A stretch of 64,000 nucleotides of DNA, taken from positions 192,001 to 256,000 of the forward strand of contig CAVPXM010000055.1 in assembly GCA_963709405.1 (NCBI GenBank), in the 5' to 3' direction. Source of the DNA: an uncultured Nitrososphaerales archaeon (GTDB lineage Archaea > Thermoproteota > Nitrososphaeria > Nitrososphaerales > Nitrososphaeraceae). How positions within the stretch are numbered: the first letter of the stretch is position 1; every line of letters begins with the position of its first letter. This document shows, one piece after another, positions 33,115 through 45,191 of the stretch. Under the pieces are notes generated by a model, which saw only the letters and a program-made list of their open reading frames with translations, did not search any database and was not told where the DNA came from. A program made the position numbers and the translations under genes.

Positions 33115-34195
33115 ATGAGAGATACGTACCTCAAGGATATATCATTGAAGGAAAGAAACGACCTTCATTGGTTGCTTGACCACGATGGAGAATCTGCGTA
33201 TAGAGTGACAAGATAATCCTGCTTAAACATGAGGGATATAACGTACCTGAGATCCGAAGAATAACGAATCATCATGACAATAACATACGTAAATGGATAC
33301 ACAGATTTAATGACTACGGCTTAGATGGTATTATATCTAGGAAACATACACATACTCCTCAAAAGATTACGGATGATATAGAGCAACAGATTGTTGACAT
33401 CGCTTGTACATATCGAAAAAGGTATAATCTAAAATTCTCTACCTGGTCATTACGTGTTCTTGCAGGCTTTATTATGAATGAAATGAAACTAATAGATACG
33501 ATAAGCCATACAGAGATTAGAAGTATACTTTTGAAACATGGTATAGAATGGAGGCATTCAAAGACTGTTCTGATAGGTAAGAGTAGAGATCCAGAGTATG
33601 ATTTAAAAAAAGTGTATAGATGAACTACGAAATAACACTCCTATAGATTCAGTGTTATTATTTCAGGATGAAAAAGGACCGATTGCTGCCAAGACGTATG
33701 GCGGTACTTCTTGGTGTTCTACGCAAGCAAAGATAGAACGTGCGCAAAAGATTAAAGGAATTCTGAACGTGTTTGGTGTTTATGATCACACAAATGATAG
33801 AATGATTACACATTGTTATAAGAACAAGAAAAGTAAACAATTCATGGATTTTATAGAAAGAGTAGAATTACTCTTCTACCATGACTCTAATATTAAAAAT
33901 ATATTCATAGGTACTTGATAACGCATCTATACATAGATCAAAGAAGGTAATAGATAGACTCAAAAGCTATCATCCAAGAATATCATTAGTGTTTCTACCG
34001 GTCAGATCTCCTGAGCTTAATCTGATAGAAGTAAGATGGATGTGGATGCAGAGACAGGCAATTAACAATTCTACATTTACAAAAGAATCAGACATCGGAA
34101 AAGCCGTGAATGATTGGACAGATAATTACAACCAAACTCATAACAAAATGACCAGAAATACTTTACATAATGAACTTATTGCGTTATTTACATAA
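33115..34195 (+). mobile_element. IS630-family transposase (frameshifted)
   Basis: HTH IRKWIHRFNDYGLDG, WSLRVLA and SRDPEY. Slippery run TTTAAAAAAAG at 33602-33612. DDE motifs FQDE, LDNASIH and SPELNLIE. Confidence 0.9.
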
Positions 34196-34198
34196 CTC

Positions 34199-35285
34199 TT
34201 AAGGCAATTTGTGTGTGTGATTTCCAACAGGAATGGCTTGCGCTTCTTGACCGGATGTGAGAGTAGCTTCAGGCGCAGATGCAATTGTTTGTCCTGAACG
34301 ATTTTGTACCGGGTTCTGAAAGAATGGCAGTCCGCTACCACCTAGAGAATATGGCATCTGCCCGTTCCATTTGTTAATAGCCTGCCATTGTAAATACTGC
34401 GGGCTTTGTCGTAGCTGCTGTGTGATAATCTTGATTGCTTGCGATTCTCCGCCTGCTTTGGCTACATTTGCCCTAGCTTGTGCCTGAGCCTGTACAACTG
34501 TCTGATTTGCAATGACAGTTATACCTTTGAGGTTATTCTGCTCAGTTAGGTATTTCTGGAATGCGACTACCTTCGACTCGATTTGATTAGCGAATGCTTC
34601 TGAAAACTGGAAGTCAGTGATAAAAACCGTTTCAACTATTAAGTTCCTCGCAGATAGGGTATTCCTGATTGCGTCAGCAATTACTCCTTTAGCAATTTCC
34701 CGTTTTGTAATGAGTTCTTCGGCATCAAATTTTGCAACACTAGCCTTAACTGCTTCCTGAATTGTTGGAGCTATTATCCTGTCTGCATAGTCCGACCCTA
34801 ATTGTTGATATATAACATTTGCATCGCTTGGATTGACGTGATAATTTAATGCTATGACCGTTTGTACCTGTTGTAAATCATTCGATGCTGCTGATGCTTC
34901 TGCTTGGTATTTCAACGTACGTACTTCTAATTGTACCACCTGTTCAGCAAAGGGAACTATAAAGTGAATGCCTTCACCTAAGACTCTTTTCTCTACTGCA
35001 CCTAAATTAAGAACAATGCCCCTATGCCCAGCCTGAACGATGACTACAGATTCGCTCAGAATAATCACGACAAGGATTAACGTGACTACGGCTCGCTAGA
35101 ATTTTAAGTTTGTTCTGTGCTATCTGGTGTAATCCGGTTGAGCGAACAAAATTTGTAGAACTGTAGGGTGATTCTCGAGTCGGAATCCTCATCCTTCTGC
35201 GCTGGTATATTGTGCGCAATACAACTGCACAAATAATCAGTACGATAATAGCAAAAATTGCTGTAGAAGGTTCAATAACTGCCAA
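34199..35285 (-). CDS. SPFH/prohibitin (band 7) family membrane protein, frameshifted near the N-terminus
   Basis: VQAGHRGIV, EGIHFIVP, AEELITKR and KWNGQMP motifs. The N-terminal TM segment is in ORF 35022-35285. Confidence 0.88.
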
Positions 35286-35545
35286 ATTATGCTGACTCTG
35301 TACATGTTGTATAAATGACGATTTAAACTCTTGTTTTTAGTCGAAGATCAATTTTCTTGATGTTGTACAGGAATACTACGGTGTTCACGACCAATCCATT
35401 GCATTAAAATATCCATTGACAGGCATAATTCGCTTCAGCATCAATTATTTTCGCTGTTATTTGAACATTCGGATATTCTTACTCAAGTCTGAGATTACGA
35501 ATTCGGTAGATAAATTTACAAAGACGAAGCCGTAGTAGACCTTGC

Positions 35546-36541
35546 ATGCAGAAAGGAATCGTGATCACTCATAGATTTCAGAGCAAGATCCTTAAATCCA
35601 ATCCGCTGGGTGATCCATTTGAACGGGATATTATTGTGTACGTTCCGCCTGGATATAAACGAAGCAATTCAAAAGGCTATATTGCTGCATTTGGGTTGGC
35701 AGGATTTGGAGGACAGGGCAGGACGTTACTAAATGTCGATCCACTAAGCGAGAACATAGAAAACAAGATGAATCGCCTTATTTCATCCAACAAATGCGGT
35801 CCGCTCTTGTTGGTGTTGGTGGATTGCTTTACGAAACTTGGCGGAAATCAATATATCAACTCAACAGCAACTGGTAGATACGAAGACTATATCACTAAAG
35901 AGATAGTTCCATTTATTGATAACGAATATAATATATCATCACGTGCGGTTTGGGGAAAATCGTCTGGTGGGTACGGATCAATTGTACTTGCTATGCGGAA
36001 TCCAACGGTATTTTCTGGATTAGCTGACCACTCTGGTGATGCAGCTTTTGAATATTGTTATCTTCCAGATTTTCCAAAAGCTCTAGATTCATTTAGAAAA
36101 GCAGGTAGCCCTAAAGAGTGGCTGGAAAAATTTTGGAGAAAACAAAATAAACGCCAGCAAGCCGATGGTCCTGCATTGAATGTCTTCGCAATGGCAGCCC
36201 ATTACTCTCCCGATACCAAATCAAAAGATTTTGGAATCGAACTCCCATTTAATTACCACACGGGAGAGATATCCGAAAAGGTTTGGGATCGCTGGCTCTC
36301 ATGGGATCCAGTCAGGCTAATTGACAAATATAGTGTAAACTTAAAAAAACTCAAATGCATCTATATAGATTGTGGACGAGATGATGAGTTTAATTTGCTC
36401 TGGGGTGCAAGAATATTGCATTCGAAACTCGAAAAGATGAAAATTAATCACTATTATGAAGAATTTGATGATGGTCATATGAATACTAGTTACAGGTATG
36501 ATATCTCGTTCCCGAAAATCTACCAGGCATTATGTCAATGA
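35546..36541 (+). CDS. Alpha/beta hydrolase, putative esterase (Fes-like)
   Basis: VYVPPGY, nucleophile GKSSGG, DCGRDD and DDGH catalytic-triad pattern. Confidence 0.88.
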   Translation: MQKGIVITHRFQSKILKSNPLGDPFERDIIVYVPPGYKRSNSKGYIAAFGLAGFGGQGRTLLNVDPLSENIENKMNRLISSNKCGPLLLVLVDCFTKLGGNQYINSTATGRYEDYITKEIVPFIDNEYNISSRAVWGKSSGGYGSIVLAMRNPTVFSGLADHSGDAAFEYCYLPDFPKALDSFRKAGSPKEWLEKFWRKQNKRQQADGPALNVFAMAAHYSPDTKSKDFGIELPFNYHTGEISEKVWDRWLSWDPVRLIDKYSVNLKKLKCIYIDCGRDDEFNLLWGARILHSKLEKMKINHYYEEFDDGHMNTSYRYDISFPKIYQALCQ

Positions 36542-36655
36542 ATGAGAATTAGCGTGAACTAACTGAACATGCTCGTGCAACGAATCGTTGCAATGGATTA
36601 TTCTTACAATAACCAAAACATAGTAATAATATAATTTTTATAAGTTCGGTAAAGT

Positions 36656-37099
36656 ATGACTGAGATCCATAATAAGCCTAGGATTAATAAACGTGGTTCG
36701 GCTGTTAATTTCACTGAAACGGAAGTAAACTTTCTGTTAAGCAATGAGGCTTGTAGAGTAGCGACATCTAGGAATGATACGCCTCATGTCACGCCGGTTT
36801 CCTACGTTTATGAAGACGGAAAATTAGTTTTTGCCACAGATTATAACACTAGGAAGTACAGAAGTATTCGCAAAAATAAGAAAGTAGCACTTGTAGTGGA
36901 TGTTTACGATTCATCAACAAGTAATAGAGCTGTCGTCATAGAAGGAATCGCAATCATAGTGGAGAGAGGATACGAATTCGTTAGATGGTACAATAAATTT
37001 TATCAAAAATTTGAGTGGGTAAGGCGGGAACCATGGAGGGAAGGCGAGGCGCCATTTGTGATAGTAACACCCACACACAAGGTAAGCTGGGGAATATAG
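36656..37099 (+). CDS. Pyridoxamine 5'-phosphate oxidase-like split-barrel (FMN/F420-binding) protein
   Basis: CRVAT, PHVTPV, TRKYRSIRKNKKVALVVD and VSWG. Confidence 0.85.
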   Translation: MTEIHNKPRINKRGSAVNFTETEVNFLLSNEACRVATSRNDTPHVTPVSYVYEDGKLVFATDYNTRKYRSIRKNKKVALVVDVYDSSTSNRAVVIEGIAIIVERGYEFVRWYNKFYQKFEWVRREPWREGEAPFVIVTPTHKVSWGI

Positions 37100-37432
37100 G
37101 AAGCTCAAAATAATTGGAATTCTAGCTAAATTTGGATAGTTTGGTGTAACATCTGTGTTGAGTAGTAATACGTTCTGTTTACTAAGCTACTAAAAGGACT
37201 CCCAACCATTCTAACTCATGGATAGAACATCCAAGTCTTATATCCTTTCGCAACTTTACCGGTTTGGTCATACCGTGATGGACATCCCATCATGCCGTGC
37301 ATTAGCTCAATATCGATCCATATCACCTGAGAATCATGACAAAACTAATGTGAAAATTCCATTAGTACGACAGCAGACTTCTGCTTTATCATTTGGAACA
37401 GAAATAAGAGGTGAGTATGAAAATCAAAAAAA

Positions 37433-37846
37433 ATGAAGATTGAGGATACCAATTCTCCTAAACGACAGAATATTATGATTGTGGACGACGAAGATGATAT
37501 TAACCTCTTATTTGCGATGGTGTTGTGCAGTGAGGGATACAATGTTGATGCATTCACCGATCCAGTTGCTGCCATAATGAAATTTGAAAGGGGTAGCTAC
37601 GACTTACTAATTATTGATATATTATTACCAAAAATGGATGGCTTTGAACTGTATGAAAGGATCAAACGCTTAGATAAGAACGTGAAAGTATGCTTTCTAA
37701 CAGCGGGAGAAATCAATTACGATCAGTTTAAAAAAGCTGCATCATTCCCGGAGATAATAACAGAAGATTGCTTCATAAAGATCCCTGTTGAGAATAAAAC
37801 TCTTGTGCGAAAGGTAAAGAATATCCTCTCTTTTAATCTAAATTAA
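37433..37846 (+). CDS. Stand-alone response regulator receiver
   Basis: IMIVDDE, LIIDILLPKMDGFEL and CFLTA. Confidence 0.9.
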   Translation: MKIEDTNSPKRQNIMIVDDEDDINLLFAMVLCSEGYNVDAFTDPVAAIMKFERGSYDLLIIDILLPKMDGFELYERIKRLDKNVKVCFLTAGEINYDQFKKAASFPEIITEDCFIKIPVENKTLVRKVKNILSFNLN

Positions 37847-37982
37847 GTAGAAACATATAGTTACGTCGAAGCAGGGTCTAAATCTGTAATCCTTTGCTGC
37901 TTCTTATATATTCTCTATTCGTACCTGTTCTGTATGGCTCTTTGATTCATAAACAAGCCCGACAAACTCACAGGCGGTTAAC

Positions 37983-38711
37983 CTAGTCGAGTTCCGAAAT
38001 TATTTTTTCAATCAGATCATTTGCTCCAACGGGTTTTCTTATGAAGCATCCGAGACTAATCTTTGGGTATATTTCTCGTACAGCATCTTGGTTCATCTCG
38101 CCACCAGACATGAAGCAGACTCTAACGTTCGCATCCAATTCTATTAGTTTCTCACACAACTGAAATCCATTCATCAATGGCATATTGATATCGATCAATG
38201 CCAAGTCATAAAATTGCGCCTTAAAGGTTGAAAGAGCTTCGATAGGATCGGCGTACGAAAATACTTCGAATCTGGTGTAATATCCTTCTAGTATTGATTT
38301 AAGTGTAAAAACGATATCTCGGTCGTCGTCTACGATAAGGATTCTCTTTAACAATTCTGATCCTGATTGCAGACTAGACAAGTCGGATTTAGTAAAACTT
38401 TTGACTTCCATAGCATGATCAGAATTAGATTTAGTTGTTCCCCTGTCAAGAAGCGATTCGTAAGAGTCATTTAATTTATAATCCGAATAATCCTTTTTGG
38501 TTCGACTGGTCCCAGACATGACTCTGGAATAACCAATAAACTCGTCTAGCAAACCAGTACGGTTAGCGCACAGGGTGACCAAACCATCTGTTTTGATAAT
38601 TTCTGAATTCTTAGGCGTAGGCAAAGTTTGAATTAGCCCAGGCTGGGCACATGTTAATGCCATCGCATGCCATCCTAGGATAGGTGGCAGAGATACGATG
38701 TCAATTAGCAA
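37983..38711 (-). CDS. Response regulator receiver with N-terminal extension (start uncertain)
   Basis: RILIVDDD, LALIDINMP.MNGF, CFMSG and RKP. Confidence 0.85.
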   Translation of the reverse strand: MLIDIVSLPPILGWHAMALTCAQPGLIQTLPTPKNSEIIKTDGLVTLCANRTGLLDEFIGYSRVMSGTSRTKKDYSDYKLNDSYESLLDRGTTKSNSDHAMEVKSFTKSDLSSLQSGSELLKRILIVDDDRDIVFTLKSILEGYYTRFEVFSYADPIEALSTFKAQFYDLALIDINMPLMNGFQLCEKLIELDANVRVCFMSGGEMNQDAVREIYPKISLGCFIRKPVGANDLIEKIISELD

Positions 38712-39115
38712 GAGATTTCCCAGCCATTACGATCAATAATGATACACCCTTGATGATATTTAATCATTAATATATTTAGCAGCTTAGTAATATGTAATAA
38801 AATTACAACTAAAGACCACATTTTAAATCTAATGGTCGTCGAGCATAAAACAAATCTTCATTCACGATCATATGGATTCAACCATGGCCATAATCATGCT
38901 CGAGTTAAATTTGCCGAGCAGGTCACCTTCTTCATAGTTTACAATTCCTCTCCAGCCGGCCTAGTATCATAATATCCTTTCCCGTTAAAGCTGCCAAATT
39001 TGCTTCACTCTTCAAGCTCCTCCGCCAGGAGGATTTTTAGATTCCTTTAAATTTTCCTCGCTTCGTAGTTTTAGTAGGATCAAGCCAATAAACTAACAGA
39101 AATACGACTTTCTAA

Positions 39116-39643
39116 TCAGAGTAGACCATCTTCATGTAATTTGTTTAGTAATGGAACCAGGGATTCCACCACTTCCTTTTCTCCCAAAATCACCTCATTT
39201 TTGATACCCAAGAGTATAGAAAGCATATTTCTATCCTCTCTTGCGGTATATACTAAACTACCCACGATTCCTAAAGCATTGCTATTCTGCAGTAGCCAAT
39301 TCTTCCAGTTGCCTGCAGCTCTGATATTTGTGTCCAACGAATCAACAACATCATCTATCGCCATCCCATCCTGGTTGTCAAGTAGGTTAAGCTTGAGCAT
39401 AGGAAGCATCAGGTTCCCACCTTGAACCTTACGATGTCTTTTATTCATCAATTCAATAGCCCTATTTTCATCTAATTCTTCTTCCAGATGCATATTGTCC
39501 TCGTTTCCATTTTCGTAATACCGGTCCAGCTTCCCATAGTTAGGAAAGAAATAGCCAGCAAGACGCTTAGCCGAGTCATAGACCTTGTAAACAGAGTCTT
39601 CATATTCTAGACTCCAATCAAGCTTTTTACCCCGACGGAACAA
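39116..39643 (-). CDS. Hypothetical protein
   Basis: 175-aa ORF with globular composition and a TATA-like element upstream. Confidence 0.75.
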   Translation of the reverse strand: MFRRGKKLDWSLEYEDSVYKVYDSAKRLAGYFFPNYGKLDRYYENGNEDNMHLEEELDENRAIELMNKRHRKVQGGNLMLPMLKLNLLDNQDGMAIDDVVDSLDTNIRAAGNWKNWLLQNSNALGIVGSLVYTAREDRNMLSILLGIKNEVILGEKEVVESLVPLLNKLHEDGLL

Positions 39644-40182
39644 TACATCGATGTTAGGTTATTATAAGTATTTTAGCCTACTGACAAGTTATTTTCCAAA
39701 TGAATCGATATTCTAAGACTCTTCGTACTCTGAAATCCCAAAGAGAAACTGTTTGTCAGGGAGATACGAAAATAGCTGAAATGATTATTCTCCCTTGAAA
39801 CGTTCTGACTCCGAGAGCCCTCCAAGTCTATCTCCCTATCCCCCAGCACACATATCTCTAGCGTTTTTTGATATGACTGACCGTCGAACCAAAATTTGAC
39901 CAAACAAACATCACCCGAATAAGATTTAAGTGGCCAGATCTTAATATGACGCGAATTGAAGTGTCCCATAGTTAGGACCAATACAATATTCATTAGACTT
40001 CTATTGAGCTCGAACTCTGCATCCATTTGAAATCTTAATAGCATCTCTATCTAATTCAATGCCTCTAAATTTGCTCCTACGCTAGAGCACTTGAAAGTTT
40101 GATATCAGTATTTGATATTGGTTGCTATAATACAATACTGCGCGAAGAGCGAAGCTTAAAGAAATTAATGTGCGAGAAGTTG

Positions 40183-40437
40183 TTATTTTTCAGACTGATG
40201 TTCTAAGGTAGTGGAATTTGCATCATCTCTTAATCCACTTTCGTAAGTCTCTCCTAGTGATGTACTGCATGCTTTGTTAGTCTCGCACACGGTTTTCTGG
40301 CATGGCTGATTGTTTGCACAGTTTATACTAACTGTTTTTGATTTCACTTGATAGTCATGCATGACGTAAGGAATCAATGCTAATGCGAAAGCCATTGACA
40401 ATCCAACGAAAGCTATTATCCTATTGCGCTCTTGCAT
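40183..40437 (-). CDS. Small membrane-anchored Cys-containing protein
   Basis: N-terminal TM followed by CANNQPC...C...C. Confidence 0.6.
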   Translation of the reverse strand: MQERNRIIAFVGLSMAFALALIPYVMHDYQVKSKTVSINCANNQPCQKTVCETNKACSTSLGETYESGLRDDANSTTLEHQSEK

Positions 40438-40882
40438 CTTTTTGTTCGTCTACAAGTCAAAAACATAGTTTATTAGATTTAAGTAACTCCTTACCATAGG
40501 TTAAGCAAAGATGATAGTTAAACGCAAATCCAATTGAGGAATCTTAGTTAGCTTTTTTTAAAATGAAACGGAGAATTCTGGAATTTCATATTCTACTAAG
40601 CTCGATAAGTCATCTTCGACTTATGTTAATAGGTTATAACAGATAGCATAGGTTTGGATCTGAATATTTAGGATGGTTTGACATACTCAATCTATAATTC
40701 CACCTTAATATTGTGAATCGCAACATTCAGTCTTGATAAGGGAACTTCGGTCTTGATAGACTTAGTATTCTTTTGTATCAACTGATTTATTTTAGGACCG
40801 TACCCGTGTGGTTAAGTCAAGCCTGACTAAGATTGATATGATGTTATCAAAAATATATCTACAGGAAATGATTTAGTCACCA

Positions 40883-41110
40883 GTGAGAGACTGGAACAAT
40901 GTTATCCATAAGAATGTACGAACCAAGGACATGAAACCTGTCGGTAATATAACGGCAGTAGATGATAGATATCTAATTATTAACACTCAAGGATGTCTCG
41001 ACAATAACTTGCTACCTAAAACAAATGTTCAGGAATACAATGGTGGCGAGGTCATCCTAGGTTTCGTTTGTGCGGAATTGCCGATTTATAGATATACCAG
41101 TCATGGATGA
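40883..41110 (+). CDS. Small PRC-barrel-like protein
   Basis: DWNNVIHKNVRTKD..VGNI.AV pattern typical of PRC-barrel-like proteins. Confidence 0.6.
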   Translation: MRDWNNVIHKNVRTKDMKPVGNITAVDDRYLIINTQGCLDNNLLPKTNVQEYNGGEVILGFVCAELPIYRYTSHG

Positions 41111-42104
41111 CATACCAGCTGGACTATATTCTTACACAAGAATCTAGTCAAATAATGATTTGCAACCATCTCCCTATTGATATAGATTGAACTTCGTGTT
41201 AAATACTAAACTATTAGTATCCACAGCGACTCTTCTCCAGATATTGAGGTAAATAGCATTGCAAACGAAAGGCCTAATTTACAAAGTCAAATATTTAAAT
41301 CAAAGATTTAATCCCAAATGAGAGCAAAATCATTACTAGTACTTGCGAGAAATAAACTGATGAAGAGTACAACAGAGATAAGCATAGAGTATATTAATTG
41401 GGAGAAAGTAATTCGTTACCATAGTTTGGTAGACTGCGTTATCTAACTGAAACTGATATTTGTTGGGATCTCAATCCGCTGCAAAAAGACCTAAGGAAAA
41501 GAGTAAGTGGATTTCAGTGGTGAACTCGTCTTAATACTGCAATTCATCGTTCTTTCATATCCAACTGAGAGTGAAAACTAATTCGATTATGCTTATCTTG
41601 ACTAGGTGATAAGTGATTTGATGGAATCTCCGCTATCTTGTTCGTCGAGCTGAGCCTGCATGTTGTATTAGATATCATATAAATTCAGTATCTCTAGATT
41701 TTCATTTATCATTAGCGGAAGTAACCATCCTTCAGATGCCAGGTAATATCTGGTCTAGGGGCGTACATATGTATCCTATTTGTGACATTAGGATAGCCAT
41801 TCAAATGTGTTAACTATTTTTCAGTTTATACAATAGGTAGATGAATAGCAGCTTCCGATCGTGTTCTCATCGAGTAGGAAATCATTACGGTTCTAATAAG
41901 ATCCTCTTCCAAATTCAAATAGAGATCCTTTGAATTCCAATGAGTCCTTCAAAGCGACCTGCGTTTTGACAAGAAATGCATAATTTGTATATCTATAGAG
42001 CACGGGTCATATAAGAATAATGTCATAGTGCGTCTCATATATCTACTAGATATGTCAAGCAGTAATTTAGTCAATTTTTGAAGGTTTGCAAAACTGGCAA
42101 TAAA

Positions 42105-42824
42105 TTACAGGAACAGGTTAACTGTATATGGCTGCACCTGGGTTTGATTTGAGCGATTCGCTGTATTATTAGTGAATGCCTGTGACATAGGCTGCGCTGG
42201 TGACGTTGAGCCGACTATTCCCTTTTGGCAAGAAAAAGTATCTCCCAGATTGTCAGAGTGGACCACAATCTTTATGCATGCTGTGTACTCATCCCCAGGA
42301 TGTACAACGCCTTGTGGAAAAGTGACTGGTACATGAATAATGCCGTCACCGTCATCCTGCGGATCAAGCAGAGCTATCGGATCGATGTTGTAAGCCACAG
42401 TTTGATTCTTTACTGTGACCCATACCTGAGCCATCTTGTCGGAATAATCTATTCCTCGTATTCTCAAATTTATGGTAAATGTGTTTTGATCGCCTGGGCT
42501 AGCCATGGTTGTGGCCTGACGTGATGATTCAGCCAGAGGTGTAGATGGTGCGACCTGTGTTATTGCTCTTGAAATGTCTCGTTTTTCAACAACCGCATGT
42601 GCAAACTGATCTTGATTGGACCGTACTTGATTTGTGTTGAGAACTAGTACGCCGGCCAATAGTATCGTCACCATAGATAATGCCATTACACAAGTCTTTT
42701 TTGCTATTTTTTCTACATCCACATTCCTGTACGTCAAGGATAGCTCTTCGTCATGCTCGTCATATTTATGTAGATCGACAGAATCTTCGAGATAAATGTA
42801 ATTATAGTTTAGAGAATCTAACAT
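42105..42824 (-). CDS. Membrane-anchored/secreted hypothetical protein
   Basis: TM segment followed by an S/T/P-rich linker and a beta-rich domain with two Cys. Confidence 0.7.
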   Translation of the reverse strand: MLDSLNYNYIYLEDSVDLHKYDEHDEELSLTYRNVDVEKIAKKTCVMALSMVTILLAGVLVLNTNQVRSNQDQFAHAVVEKRDISRAITQVAPSTPLAESSRQATTMASPGDQNTFTINLRIRGIDYSDKMAQVWVTVKNQTVAYNIDPIALLDPQDDGDGIIHVPVTFPQGVVHPGDEYTACIKIVVHSDNLGDTFSCQKGIVGSTSPAQPMSQAFTNNTANRSNQTQVQPYTVNLFL

Positions 42825-43087
42825 CGAAGAATGGTTTACCGCAGCAAAAAATCAAACATAGTTTAAATTCGCGGTCGGTTCTCATTAATAGAAGACGCGC
42901 CTTTGCTTAATATCGTGTTGGAATACTTACAAGAACGGGCTTGATCTCATATATCAGTTAAAACCCATGCTAGGCGTATTTATCCCTTGGACTAAATAGT
43001 CATGTCAGAAAGCACCTACAACTGAGGTTGTACTACGTTCCTACCTTTCTGCATTTGAACTAGAAGGCTTAAAAGCGGTATACGTTC

Positions 43088-44183
43088 ATGCTTGACATAA
43101 TAATGAGAACTTATTGCATTATACCAAATAATTCTATAGTCTACATGTGGAAAGCTATCATATTTCGCTTGTCCATTCTTAGCAAATCGAGATATCTGAA
43201 TTCGATAGTACTGATTGGTATACTCATTGCCTTCACTGTCAGCACACATTTTTCAATAGAGTTATCTGTGTATGCGCAGTCACCTACAACGACATTACCT
43301 GGGGGGACATCATGGGTAACCGGCAAGGCAAATCCAGTTCCTAAGATGGAGTCTGCTTATACTGCCGTAGGAGACAAGATCTATATAATCGCTGGATATG
43401 GAGAAACTGGAAAAAGAAATAAGAACACTGTAGAAGTATATGATACGAAGACTGATACATGGTCAAACGCCTCTCCACTGCCAGTAAATCTTAATCATGC
43501 TGCAGCAGATGCTTACAACAATAAAATCTACGTAGTCGGGGGATTTCTAGATAACAAGATACCGTCAAACAAATTGTTTGTTTACGACCCTTCACAAGAT
43601 AAGTGGCTTGAGGGTAAAGCTATGCCTACAGCTAGGGCGAGCGTTAACTGCTCAATTCATTGATGGTATTCTTTATGCCGTAGGAGGAACCTCTGGCAAG
43701 CCCTTGAGCACAAATGAAGCTTATGATCCCATAAATGATATTTGGACAGAAAAGGCTCCGATGCCTACTGCAAGGCAACATCTTGCTTCGTCGTTAGTAG
43801 ACGGGAAATTGTATGCTATCGGAGGCAGACCTACAGGCAAATCTTCAAATTTAAACAACAATGAAGTATATGATCCCAAGACGAATTCTTGGGCTGAATT
43901 GGCTGCCATGTCGACAAAACGTGGGGGCATAGCCGCTTCAACAGTTAATGGGAATATCTATGTTTTTGGTGGTGAAGGCCCAGATAGCACGTTTAACAAC
44001 AATGAGAAGTACAATCCACAGGCAAACAAATGGACTGAAGAACCTCCAATGCCTACGGCACGTCATGGCCTAGCAGCTGTCGCTATGGGAAACAACATCT
44101 ACGTTATTGGAGGCGGCCCGACACCGGATATATCATTCGCAGATGTAAATGAGATATTTCATGTGAATGCAAACGGATCATAA
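43088..44183 (+). CDS. Secreted Kelch-repeat beta-propeller protein, one frameshift
   Basis: Six IY.(I/V)GG...YDP...W repeats across ORFs 43088-43663 and 43578-44183, plus a signal peptide (start likely ATG ~43145). Confidence 0.9.
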
Positions 44184-44458
44184 TCGACATCGGACCAGGA
44201 ATTTGTTATCCACTCTTTTTTTGACTGGCTCCAAGAGAATGACTATTTATTAGGCATAATAAGGTACGAGGCGCCCACTTGTGTATCTTTATCTAGTGAT
44301 AGTAGTCAATCGGCATTCTGGGCGGGATTTTCGATTCTCTTTACTAGTACATCCTATTACCAGTCCATTTCTCATATATTATCACAAAAGTATTTTTTCG
44401 AGGCCTAAAAATAGTCATATATATTAGATCTCTTGGGTAATTAGCAGTTATGATCTTT

Positions 44459-44776
44459 TTAGGAATCTTGCCTAATCCTTTCTAGTATTTTTTCTTTTAA
44501 CTCCTCATCAGTAATACTCACGTTTTTATCCATGCCTAGCTTTGAAGCCATTTCTTCCAGCTTTTCTCTAGTTAAACTACATTTATTATCAATATTTTGA
44601 TCTGACGGCGTCAGGGTTCGTTGAATCCTGGTAAGTTCATTCTTGGATTCTATTTTTGCTTTTTCATATTCAACTTGCGCTCTTCCTAGCGACTTGAATA
44701 GTTCAGGTAGCTTCCTAGAGCCAAACAGAATAAGTCCTACAGCCACCAAAACGAGTATGACATTTTCGTATGCCAT
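44459..44776 (-). CDS. tatA: Twin-arginine translocase TatA/TatE with C-terminal helical extension
   Basis: LILFGSRKLPELFKSLGRA motif. Confidence 0.88.
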   Translation of the reverse strand: MAYENVILVLVAVGLILFGSRKLPELFKSLGRAQVEYEKAKIESKNELTRIQRTLTPSDQNIDNKCSLTREKLEEMASKLGMDKNVSITDEELKEKILERIRQDS

Positions 44777-45191
44777 TTAATTTATGACCGGTATCTACAG
44801 TAGACCAACCTCCATATATTTACTTACGCATATGAATTGCAGGAAACGATACTAAAGAACTGCGTCCCCCGCTTAATGGTTTAATATCAAGAGAATTCAA
44901 GCATTAACATAAGACTAGCATGTTCACAAGTCGTTGCTTCTCCAGAGATCAATATTGAACCCAACATGAGGTTCGATTCATTTAGGTCCTGTGGATCAGT
45001 TAATTTGTTCTCAACCTTCCGAGGGTAATATTTTCATACAATTTGAAGTTCATGTATTAAAAATAGTATCATCTGAACCCTTTAAATGCTTAAGAGAGTC
45101 TGGATAGGCTATATTAATTGAACAACAGAATTGAAACGAACTACGTTCAGCAATCTTTATTAATGCTACGAATAGTCGTATCAAAATTAGC

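Noticed and set aside
39673-40044. 123-aa ORF, and other motif-less spacer ORFs (8105-8299, 19466-19648, 32553-32822, 51914-52099)
   Set aside because: They have no recognisable motifs or convincing start signals and may be spurious or decayed remnants.
44955-44985. GGTTCGATTC T-loop-like motif, possible second att or tRNA fragment
   Set aside because: It has no cloverleaf and too little identity to tRNA-Val.
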